In this document: piece after piece, positions 13,301 to 25,300 of the stretch
Layout: each line of letters starts with the position of its first letter
How positions within the stretch are numbered: position 1 is the stretch's first letter
NCBI GenBank assembly: GCA_050084985.1
Contig: JBITNC010000001.1
Location: 25,792,001 to 25,856,000, forward strand
Reading direction: 5' to 3'
DNA length: 64,000 bases
From: Nageia nagi
Taxonomy: Eukaryota; Plantae; Pinophyta
Program-made: the position numbers and the translations under genes
Notes under the pieces: model-generated
Seen by the model: only the letters and a program-made list of their open reading frames with translations
Databases searched by the model: none
What the model was told of the DNA's origin: nothing

Positions 13301-16300
13301 ATGACTTTTGCAAATATTTGGATAATTGCAAACATTTGGACAATCTTAAGATTATCCAAATATTTAAACAAACATTTGGACAATCTTAAGAAGATGTACA
13401 ATTTTGTACAAGCTTTTTGCTTTGCGCAAACAATAGTAAGTTTAATGTAACTTTTATGACATTTTAATCATATCATTATAATAAAGCTCAATTTGTGGAG
13501 TTTAGATATGTGCTTAGTTTTTGGTAAAGTTGTCTTGAAAAGCAAAATTCAGTTGATGACAACCTCATTAATAAAAAGTTCCATGCATTTATTGATCAAA
13601 AGAATTATTGTGCACATTTTCCTTGATTGAGTAGAAAAAAATTTCTTAAAATCTTGGATGCGAATTGGATTGTGCATTTTTTTGTATCATTAGATTGTGT
13701 GTGTGTATGTGTATTTGATATCCTTGGTTGAAATGGAAGTTGTTTAAACTTCCAAAATAGATTTTTTGTGCACATTATTTGAAGTGAAAAGTTGTGTAGT
13801 CTTTCTTCAAATTTTACTTTGTGCACTATCTTTATTGATTAATTGTGCACATTTTTTTTTAATATTCTTGGCTGGATGAAAAATTTATCCTGAAATATTG
13901 GTTGTGCATATATCCTTGTTGAAGTGGAAAGTTCTATAAACTTTCTCCAAATTTGAATTATTGTGCACAATTTTTCTTTATATCCTTGGTTGAATGAAAA
14001 ATCTTTATCCTCAAATATTGGTTGTGCACATATCCTTGTTGGAATGAAAAGTTCTATAAATTTTCTCCACATTTGAATTATTGTGCACATTTTTTTTTAT
14101 ATCCTTAGTTGAATGAAAAATTTATCCTCAAAATTTTGGTTGTACATATTTTTTGATATCATTGTTGGAATGGAAAGTTGTGTAAACTTTCTCCACATCC
14201 GAATTATTGAGCACGTTGTTTATATCTTTGATTGGAATGGATAGTTGTATAAATTTCCTCCAAACTTTATGTTGTGCACTTGTTGTTAGAGTGAAAAGTT
14301 GTGTAAACTTTCTTCAAATTAAACTATTGTGCATATGCTTATATTAATTTTTATCACTCTATTTTTCGTGCACTTATAGATATCTTGTATATCATTGTTG
14401 GTATTACGCACATGTGATATTTTTTATGAACATCATGTGAGTTAAACATAAAATTCTAAACTATTGCGTTGATCGGTGTGTAAAGGATGGTTGTGTAAAC
14501 TTCCTTCCATTTTTTATCATGCACAGGTGGATATCTAGCATATCACCATTATTGTTTGTGTATAGGAGGACATCTAGCATATCACCATTATTGTTTGAGC
14601 ACAAGTGGATATCTTGCATTTCACCATTATTTATTGTGCATAGGTTGATATCTCATATATCACCATTATTATTGTGCATAGGATGATATTTTACATATCG
14701 CTGTTAATGATTATTATTGATATATTACATATCAATTTTTATGCACAATGATCAAATGCTATTCGTGTTACAATCATAATTTATATGATGTAACAACCAT
14801 GTTTATAATAGAATTATATTGTTACTTACATATACATGATCTAATTATGAATTTATTCTTTCTATTGTGAAAATTATTATTACCTTGATGGCAAGTATAA
14901 TTCTTTAATTGCTTTAATCCTTTGGAGAGATTATAATGGAAAAAATATATATTTTTTATAAGTATCTTAATCCTTAATGGAAAGTATAAATATATTTTGA
15001 ATGTTTGCTACATTGTTACTTTCATTTTGAGAAGTTGTATCCATGTTTATGGATTGTTTACCATATTGTTACTTCCATGATGGGAAGTTATATCCATGTT
15101 GATAGATTGTTTTCCACATTAGTAATTCCATGTTGGGAAGTTATATCCATGTAAATGGATTTTTTGCCACATTTTTACTTCCATGATGGGAAGTTATATC
15201 CATTTTGATGGATTTTTGCCACATTGTTACTTTTATGTTGGGAAGTTATATCCATGTTAATGGATTTTTTCGCCACATTGTTACTTCCATGATTGGGAAG
15301 TTATCTCCATGCTTATGGCTTTTGCATCTTGACTAGGTTACATAATCAAGTTGGCATTTTGTGGCCTATGCATCTTGACTAAGTGGCATAGTCCACTTGG
15401 CATTTTGTAGCTTGAAGCTTATGGCTTGTAACTCTTGACTTAATGGCATAGGTAAGTAAGCATTCAATAGCTTATGGCTTTGTTAAGATAGCATGTGTAG
15501 AATGTATCTTAATATATATATATGATGGCATAGCTTGTATATGTGACAAGTGCTTATTGAAAAAATAATTTCATATCATATAGCAACATAATTTATCTTA
15601 ATGTCAACTTGTGTGTGTAACAAATACTCAATGGGGAGTGACATGTTCTTGTTATCATGTCATTATCATTGCAATATCTTAACAGTTGCATAATGGCATG
15701 TTTTGCTTTAAATTATAGACTGACTATTTTAAGTGGCATTGAATGATTAGACACTTTGGTGCCTCTAATACTTTGAAAATAAATATCATGTATGAAAGCA
15801 AGACATAATTAAGTAGAAGTGTGTGGTGGCATTTGTCACCTAAATTAGTGGTGCTTAATTGAGCGTCTGCATTCGGCCCATTAAGTAGAAGCCAACATTT
15901 GAACTAAGCGACATGATAATAGTCATGGAAAACTGGATTCCAACATGCATAAGGTTATCCTTTGATGAAGGGGATGGAGGAGGAGATATACAAAATAATA
16001 TCGAAGTACAAGGAGTATTAGACTTAAGTGCCACTCCAACCAATGCTGGGGAGGGATCATCATCAGGTGTCTTGGCCAATGCTTCGTTTCTGGAACATGA
16101 GAATAAGATTTTACGCAAACAATTAGATGCTATGAGGATGCAATGTGATATGTTTAAGAGGAAGAGGTTGGTGTGCAAAGAAGCATTCAACATGCTCAAA
16201 GAGCGAAATGGGCTAATGGATGAGAAAGAAAAGCTTTTTGAACAAATAAGTGAGCTAAACGAGAAGTTGGAGATTGTAAGGCTAGATGCCACTGCTTGTG

Positions 16301-19300
16301 TAAGCCCTCGAGTTCCTTTTGTTCCCCATGAGGTGGATGCAAAGTAAGGTGTGCATAGCCTTATTAGTGAAAAGTTTTCATAGTTAAGAAATATGTATTG
16401 GCAACGATATTTCCCATACTGATTATAAATAAGGAATAAACATATGCATGTGACTGAAATTAGTTTGTTGGGTATTGAATAGAATTGCATGTATGGACAC
16501 CCAATGGTAAAATGAATAAGATAGATTCGGTGTGCATGTATGTGCTTATTTGAATATGATAGGTCTTGGATATATTAATCTCTTTTCATAATTTTGTTGA
16601 TAAAGTTAACCTAAATGGGGAGAATGATTATGATGTCAACTTCATCACAAAATCATATTGAGATCGAAGCACATTTTATTAGGGAGAAAATTTTGATAGG
16701 ACCTTGCATTTGCAATATTGTACATCAAATTTCCTTGATAAAATGGATTGTGTTCAAACTGTACATATGATGCTCAAGACATGCACTGAACAATTTGTTC
16801 CATTAATATTTTCACTTCCCAAAGCTCAACTTTTAAATCTAAGGAAGTCCCTTATGATGGTAAAGTTGTCCTTAAGGGGGAGTGAAGTATGTATTTTTGA
16901 TAATTCTTATCATGATTATTTCATCTTTGAAACATTTGTTGCACTTATTGATTACACACTTATGGATATTTCATATATCACTTGTTATTATGCACATATG
17001 ATATTGTTAAATATCATGTTTTGATGTGGTGAACATAGATATCGTTAGATATCATATTTTGATGTGATATTTTTAGATATCATGTTTTGATATTGTGCAC
17101 ATGTGATATTGTTTTGATGTAGTGCACATATGATATTGTTAGATATCATGTTATGATGTTGTTAAGATATGATATAAGTTAGATAACATGTTTTGATGTC
17201 ATTTTTTATTATATGCAAATGTGATATTATAATGCATTTATGACATTATTGCACACATGATATTTTGTTTGTACACTTATTAATTGTGCAATTGTGAATA
17301 TGTTAATTATCACTCATGGATATGTTATTATCACTTGTGGATATATTGCTATCACTTACTGATGTTTCCTTTTGGATACTTAATAACACATGGATATATG
17401 TACTGATAGAAACTTGTGAATATGAGCATTTTATCACTCTATTATGTACTTGTAGCCTTGATTATGTTTGCATCAATGGTTCAATCATTTTATGATGCAC
17501 CTTACTCGTCTTGTATATATATGAGCTTCTTGTCAAATGCAAGCTACTAACTTTTTAGGCATGAAAGTTCATGAAGATTATCAAGTTTGTTGATGAATAT
17601 CAAAGTGACATGATTGATAATGGATATCTTCTTTATGCAAATGAAAATATTATTGGGGGATACATTTCGTATCCAAGTCAACATGTTCGTATATGAATAT
17701 ATAATCATTGCAACCATATTTGGTTAAATGGCATTATATAACCATTTCATAACCCATTATTGCATTAAGGGGGAGTGTTGGAACTTATAATGCAATATTG
17801 TGTGTGTAAATAACTTAGGTATGTTCCTAACTAATTGAGAATTAAATGTAAGATCCCAAATACAAACTCAAGTGCAAATAATCAAATATGAACAAATATG
17901 CACCCATGCCGGGCCTAGAGCCTCAAATTCAAGCATAAACAAACCCTCAATGCCAATGTCTCACATATACAAGCTTAAACGCACACATACACTCCAAGTT
18001 TGCAAATATATAAGCATGCACATCACATATAAGACAAATACTGAGATCTAATATGCCCACGGCTGTATTATCGATGTAGAATGACAAATGATACAATACC
18101 AGGCCCAAAGGGCTCAACGTTGGCCTCCGAGGAGCCAACTAGGGCACAACGAACATAAAAATGTGATCACTGTTGGTACCACGGAACAATGGATGGGACA
18201 ACCTCACTCCCTCAAGCCTGGATGCTCTACTACAAAACTTCCACACCTAGAAACCATTGAAGGTAGAAGTGTGACCTCGGAATACCATCGGATGGACTAA
18301 GATGCTACACCTTAGTTGTAGATTAGCAAGATCCCTCCTACTAACCCTCCTAGATGTTGCACCTAGGGAGATTGCTTGATGTTGCGCCAAATCTTGTGTC
18401 CACTGGATGGTAGGAGAAATAATAATAATCAGGTTTATCCAGCAATGGTGCTCCACAGCCTAATATAGTTCACACTGGATCTGGATCTCACCTCGAAGTC
18501 ATCACCCAACCTTCCTATTCCAATGTTGGCTTCCTAGAAGCCCACAAAGCCCAAAGAATGTGCTTAGGGGTCAATCCAAGCCCAACGTGGGTATTTGGGC
18601 CCTTCACATGCTCAACGTGTGTGACATCCCCCTTGTACTTTTAGTGGGACCAGTCTGGTCATCTTGTACTACATCTATTTGATTTATTTGCATTTACATT
18701 ATTGTAACTCAAAATAGGAGTTTTAATGGGTCATGTGGACCCCACTCTGAGCCCCAAGTGGGACGTCTCCCTCCTAAGTAGTAGATTAGGCATGTGTTGC
18801 ATTGGAGATCCCGGATTGTGGGAATCCCAAGGTATGTTTATACATTAGAGTGTTGCACCGCCACCAGCATACCAGCACCACACTGGGGAGGGCCCAATAC
18901 CCCCACGTTGGCTCTTAAGGACTCCAAGAACCCCACGTTGGCACTTTAAGTGCTAGGGACCCCACGTTAGCTCATTAAGTGATCATGACCCCCACGTTGG
19001 CATTATGAGTGATCATGACCCCCACGATGGCACTTTAAGTGATTGGGCCCCCCAAATACCCAACATTGGATTAGATGGACCTGGGATGACTCCTAGGTGA
19101 GATTCGGATATAAGTAATGTATAAATAGACATTGTAGCTTCATTACTGGGACCTTCGGGCACAAGTCTTAGCGACGTTAAGCATTCCATTCCTAGGTGAA
19201 GTGTCTAGAGGTTAGTCAGGCAGTGGGATCCTAATTATCTACGGCATAGGTGATGCACCTTACCCATCCAGTGGCATTTTGAGCATTTGCTTATACTTCA

Positions 19301-22300
19301 GTGGTTATCCAAGTTTCGAGGACTCCTTCAGTGGAAGGGATTCAAGATCTGATGGAGTGAATCAATCCCGTGGTTCTACAACTGTTCAGCATTGGAGATT
19401 GCAAAGTGTTGTGACCTAGTTGGCTCCCTTGAGGCCAACGACTGCCCATTGGGCTTGGTATTGTATTTACTATCATTATATATCATTTGTATAGCCAGAG
19501 GGCACTTGGATCTCATGATTATGTTCTTATGCTTCATATTATGCATGTGTTGGATTGTTAATACTTCATTGTGCATGAATGAGTAAGACATTGGCATTCT
19601 ATGATTTTATTCTTTGATATGTGTTTGTAATTGCCAGATGTTGCCCTTATGATGTATTGTTCATTGCTGTTGAGCATGTGTGATTGTCATTGTTGTCAAC
19701 ATGTGGTTTTGGTAAAGACCGGGTTCCAGAAGTGATGAAGTCAGCAAGGAGAATTGAAAAGCCGGCGTTTCGGAAGAGATGACGTCAGCGATTTCGGGCC
19801 TTAACCCAAAACCGGAGCCCGGAAGTGATGAGGTCAGCAAGGAGCGATCAAATAGCCGGCGCCAGTGAGTAAATAAAGCGTTCCGGAAGAGATGACGTCA
19901 GCGATTTCGGGCCTTAACCCAAAACCGGAGCCCGGAAGTGATGAGGTCAGCAAGGAGCGATCAAATAGCCGGCGCCAGTGAGTAAAACATTCCGGAATGT
20001 AGAGATGAGAACAGCAAAGAGAGTTCAAATAGCCGGAGCCAGTAAATAGAATATCTCGGAAGCGACAAGGACAGCGAGAAGTCAGATCACAGTCTGTTGA
20101 GCATTTGTTGTCAACACGTGGTTTTGGCTGTGTCTTCGCGCAGTAGTATGGCAGTAGTATGATGGTCCATTTACAGTCCTGTTTGCCCCTTTCCGAAACC
20201 CCCTCAAGGAGACATCTTTAAGTTTCTTTTTTCCGGAAATGACATCAGCACGGACATCGCGGGAAGCGTTTTACTCTACTTCCGGAGTCCAGAGAAGATG
20301 ACGTTAGCAGTTGGTGTTGAAAAGTTCGGAAGGCCACGCAGATACCTTGGAACTCTCTTCCGGAGTCCGGAGATGATGACATCATGGTGTGGACATCGCG
20401 GGAAGCATTTTACTCTACTTCCGGAGTCCGGAGAAGATGACGTTAGCAGTTGGTGTTGAAAAGTCCGGAAGGCCACGCAGATACCTTGGAACTCTCTTCC
20501 GGAGTCCGGAGATAATGACATCATGGCGTGGACATCGCAGGAAGCGTTTTACTCTACTTCCGGAGTCCAGAGAAGATGACGTTAGCAGTTGGTGTTGAAA
20601 AGTCCGGAAGGCCACGCAGATACCTTGGAACTCTCTTCCGGAGTCCGGAGATGATGACATCATGGTGTGGACATCGCGGGAAGCGTTTTACTCTACTTCC
20701 GGAGTCCAGAGAAGATGACGTTAGCAGTGTGTGTTGAAAAGTCCGGAAGGCTACGCAGATACCTTGGAACTCTCTTCCGGAGTCCGGAGATGATGACATC
20801 ATGGTGTATACAATAAACATCCGGTAAGCTAATCAAACTCTAGGCTATAGAAAGAGACTCCGGAACTAAATAATCAGATACTGTCAAATCTCCGAAATCA
20901 GTGGAGAAAGAGCTATACTTGTCTGAACAACTCTGTTTGAGTAATAGGAGCGTTCGTCAGTTACAGCAGTTGCAGTCTCAGATAGTGAACTCTCTTAGTG
21001 CGGGAGCAGTTACAAATAAAGATTTCTTTTCAGTTTGTTTGAGATAACGTGTCATGAGAGGAATAGATTCCTGGGGGGTTTTCTTGATGTGTAACGGTTG
21101 TAGGAATGGATGTGAAGAGTGGATTGTAGATTTAGTGAAAACTTGCGAGTAGAGAAGTTGTGAGAGTGTAATAGCGTGGGTGAGGATGTAATAGCGTGGA
21201 AGTGGAGGTAATAGCGTGGAAGAGGGGAGTATCAGGTGTATGTGAAGTGAGCAATCGAATATGCATATAATACAGTGATTGTTTAACTGTGTTACTTTGG
21301 AGCTGTGTGCAGAGATCAAACAATGAGCATTAGAGCTAGACCATTGAGGGTCTTCTAGAACTGTATTCTTTCCTCCTTTTTGAATGTTGTATCAAGTGGG
21401 TGCTTGAGAGCTAGAGTTGGTGCTCCGAGCAGTAGGTGCTGCTATTTTTTAAAGTGGTAGTTGGTGCTACCCTTCACAGTTGGTGCTGTGAATCTGTAAG
21501 CTTTCTTTAATGACTGGATTTGGATTGGAGTCCAAGCAGTCATTTTCGGGGATGTAGCCAATCTGGTGAACCTCGTTATATCTGGTGTTGTGTGATGTAC
21601 TTGGTGTGCTTGCTCAATTTTCTCTGGCTTTTAATCTGTCTTTATTTAAGAAGCTTAAATTGATTATTTTTTTTTTCACTGATTCACCCCCCCCTCTCAG
21701 TGTCACTCGAAGTCCAACACATTGCTACTCTCATGTATGTGCTAAACATTGGCATTTTGGGTATCTGAATGTGTGATCCTGTTATTCAAACTCTAACGTT
21801 GCATGCTTGAGGGTTTGAATGTGTATGCTTGATGCCCTAACCTAACATCAGGGCTTGGGGGTTGCAATTGCGTGTTTCTGAGTGGAGGTCCATTTTGGAT
21901 CATCACGTGGGTCCTCATGCTAAAGGTCGGTCAAAAGGGCATGCGTGGGTTTCTAGGAGTCATCATGGGCCAACATGGGGGTCTAGGAGTCTCCCCAAGG
22001 CTAGTGCATGTGTACAAGTGCTCCCAAATCCAACGTTGGGGCAAATAGGTGTTTATCCATGCTCAAGTGACATCTAGGTGCTATAAAGCTTTGGGATTCC
22101 CACAATCAATTCTCGAGATATCCAAGTACATAAAATCACATTAAATCATGCTAGCCTATGCTTGGGAGGAAGACATCCCACTTGGGCCTCACAGTGGGAT
22201 CCAACGGACCTTTATAACTTCTATCCCAAGTACTAACAACTAATGCACAACTAAATAAATAAATATTTACGAAGGGGAATCCGTGGGATTCCATAATTAA

Positions 22301-25300
22301 TTATATTTTGCAAAAGGGTACATCACAAAGCTTCCCCTCTCAAAATTGCTTGTCCTCAAGCAATTCAATGATGGATGTGCTAGTATCTCTGCTCCTTCCC
22401 ATGTTGAGTCTTCATTAGGCAAGTCCTTCCATTTGATCAAGAATTCTTGAATTTGTCTTGATCTCAACTTCTTTACCCAAGTCTCCAACACCTTTTCTGG
22501 AATCAAAACCAATCATCCCTCATCATCAGGCAGTGGGAGTGTAGTAGATGAGATGTCTTGTTGTCCCACGGCCTTCTTCAGAAGTGACACATGAAAGGTG
22601 TTGTGGATCTTGCTTTCCTTGGGCAGCTCCAGCTCATAAGCAATCTCTCCATTCTTGCGCAGGATTTTATATGACCCAAAGAATCTAGGCTATAGGTTCT
22701 TTGCTCTTCTCTTTTTGAGTGCGGATTGTCGGAATGGTTGCAATCTCAGATATACCATCTCATATAATTCAAAAGCCCCTATCAATCCTCTTTTGTTCAT
22801 AGTACTTCTTTTGGCTATTTTGGGCCATTTCCAGATTTTCCTTTAAAGCTCTCATGATGTCTTAATATTCCTACAAGAAATCTTTAGCCTTTGGGGCTTT
22901 CCCTTCATCAAAAACCAAATCTGTGAAGTTAGGAGCATCATAACCATACAAAGCTTTAAAAGGAAACATTTTTATAGACAAGAGGTATGTAGAATTGTAA
23001 CAATACTCCCCAACGTGGAGCCATTTGACCCACGTTTGTTGTTATCCTAGTTACATAGTGCCTCAAGTATCCTTCCACCCATTTGTTTACAATTTTTGTT
23101 TGTCCATCCCTTGGGGGTGATAGCTAGTGCTTGGGGTTATATTAGTGCCACTTAATCGAAACAGCTCTTGCCAAAACATGCTCATGAACTTGTTGTCCCT
23201 GTCACTCGCAATTCTCCTTGGCAACCCATGCAATTTGAAGACTTCCTTGAAGAACAAATCAGCCAACTATGCTACTGTATATGTGATAGTAATGGCAAAG
23301 AAATGGGCAAATTTAGCGAGCCTATGTATTACCACAAAGATACAATCTTTACCTTGCACCTTTGGAAGACCTATAATGAAATCTATGGAGATATCTTCCC
23401 ACTTCTGTTGTGGAATGGGCAATGGCTGAAGTAACCATGTTGGCTTTACATTCTCTTCCTTATTTTCTTGGCACTGTACACACTCCCGGACGTGCTTCAA
23501 AACATCCTATTTCAACCCTTTCCAAGTGAACTCTCTCTTATTGCTTTGTATGTTTTCGTAATGCATGGATGACCTACAAGGGGTATATTATGCAAAGCAT
23601 GGAGCACCTTTTCCTTCATCTTTGAGTTAGGGGTCAAAAAAAAATTCTTTTTAAAATCAGCCCTCCTTAACCGTGTATCTCTTATTCCTTACAGTCCCAT
23701 CCAAGATGCCTTGAGCAAATTCATCTTTGACATATTCAGCCATGATAGTCATTTTCCAATCAGCAGTAATAGAGGAAAGAGAGTAAAAAGATGGGTTCCT
23801 AGAAATGTATCAATAGTTGTATTCTTCTTTCTCTTAATATATTGAATCTCAAAATTAAAGGATTGAAGTTAACTTACCCACCTTTGTTGTTTCTCACTCA
23901 GATCTGATTGGCTGAGAAAGTATTTCTGGCTATTGTGGTCACTCTTGATGATGAATGAACCACAAACCAGATATTGCTTGCCCTCTCCAATGCCTGCATG
24001 ATGGCCAATATTTCCTTATCATACAAATTGAAATTTTGTTTAGCACTTGTTAGTTTCTTGCTCTCAAATGCTATTGGCTATCCTTTTTGCATGAGTACAG
24101 CCCCAACACCAAGCTTAGATGCATCACACACAACAGTAAAAGGAACTAAAAAATCAGGAATAACCAAGCAAGGATAGAAACACATAACCTTCTTGAGTGT
24201 CTCAAAGGCCTTTTGAGCACCTTCACCCCATACAAATGCATCCTTCTTGGTCAATTGCGTTAAGGGGGAATCCAAGTGTGAGAAACCATGTATAAACCTC
24301 CTGTAGTAATTGCACAACCCCAAAAACCCTCTTAGCTGCATCAAGGTGGTAGGCATCGGCCAATCCTAGATAGCTGCAATTTTTTGTTTATCCACTCTAA
24401 CTCCCTCATGGTTGATTACATGACCTAGATACAAGATTTCAGTCATGCCAAACTCACATTTGGATTGCTTAGCATAGAACTTCTGCTCCTGTAGTGTGCT
24501 CAAAACGTGCTCCAAGTGTTGGAGGTGCTCCTCCCACGTTTTGCTATACACCAAAATGTCATCAAAGAAGACCAACACAAACTTCCTCAATTGTTCTCTG
24601 AAAACCTTATTCATGGCTGATTGGAAAGTGGTTGGTGAATGAGTCAATCCAAATGGCTAACTAAAAACTCAAAGTGACCATAATGGCATCTAAATGCAGT
24701 CTTGTGGATGTCCTCCTCCTTCATCCTTATTTGATGATATCTAGATCTCAAATCAATTTTTGAGAATTATCTAGCACCATGCAATTCATTAATGAGATCA
24801 TCTACTCTAGGTATGGGATAACTGTTTTTGATGGTCTTCTTATTAAGCAACCAATAGTCAATGCACATACGCATGGTCTCATCCTTCTTCTTGACCAGTA
24901 CTACTGAAAAGGCAAAGGGACTTGAGCTTGGCCGTATGAATCCCATGTCCAACAATTCTTTGATGGTCTTCTCAATCTCATCCTTGTAGACCTTCGGGTG
25001 TTGGTAGGGAGTGATCATAACCGGTTTAGCTCCTGGCTCCATCTCAATGGTGTGCTCAAATCCTCTAGAAGGTGGCAACCCTTTCGGCATATCCCCAAAA
25101 ACGTCCAGGTATTTGTCCAGGATGCGTTGGACCTTTGCTAGCTGTACTTTTGCTTCTCCAGAATGCAATGTGGGGCCTCCCTTGGCCAGCTTAAAGATGC
25201 AACCCCACTCTATCTCCTCTTTCCAAAAGATGGAACTCATCTTCTTGGTCGACACAATCTGAGTAGTGGCCGTCAATCTCTTATAGGTGGCTTCGGATGT

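Larger units (their letters stand above)
19668..21719 (+). mobile_element. Solo LTR D (2052 bp), Copia/Sirevirus-like, CpG-rich
   Basis: TGTTGA...CCAACA termini, C-rich ATTCACCCCCCCCTCT motif near the 3' end, flanking direct repeat CATTGC (19662-67 / 21720-25). Confidence 0.85.
18620..21905 (+). mobile_element. Solo LTR C (~1.2 kb once D is removed), related to the LTRs of B and E, inserted in opposite orientation into B's LTR
   Basis: Starts TGTGACATCCCCC and ends TTGGATCATCA, flanked by (A)CGTG direct repeat (18615-19 / 21905-09). No PBS or internal region. Confidence 0.85.

Noticed and set aside
15855-16490. 211-aa minus-strand ORF
   Set aside because: Antisense shadow of the plus-strand coiled-coil ORF; S/F/L-biased with no motif.
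20252-20807. CRISPR-like look: a conserved ~33-bp palindromic core recurring about every 70 bp
   Set aside because: The 'spacers' are just two alternating sequences of a 139-bp tandem unit inside an LTR; no cas genes; eukaryotic context.
20276-20820. Repeated 69-88 aa ORFs on both strands
   Set aside because: By-products of the 139-bp tandem repeat.
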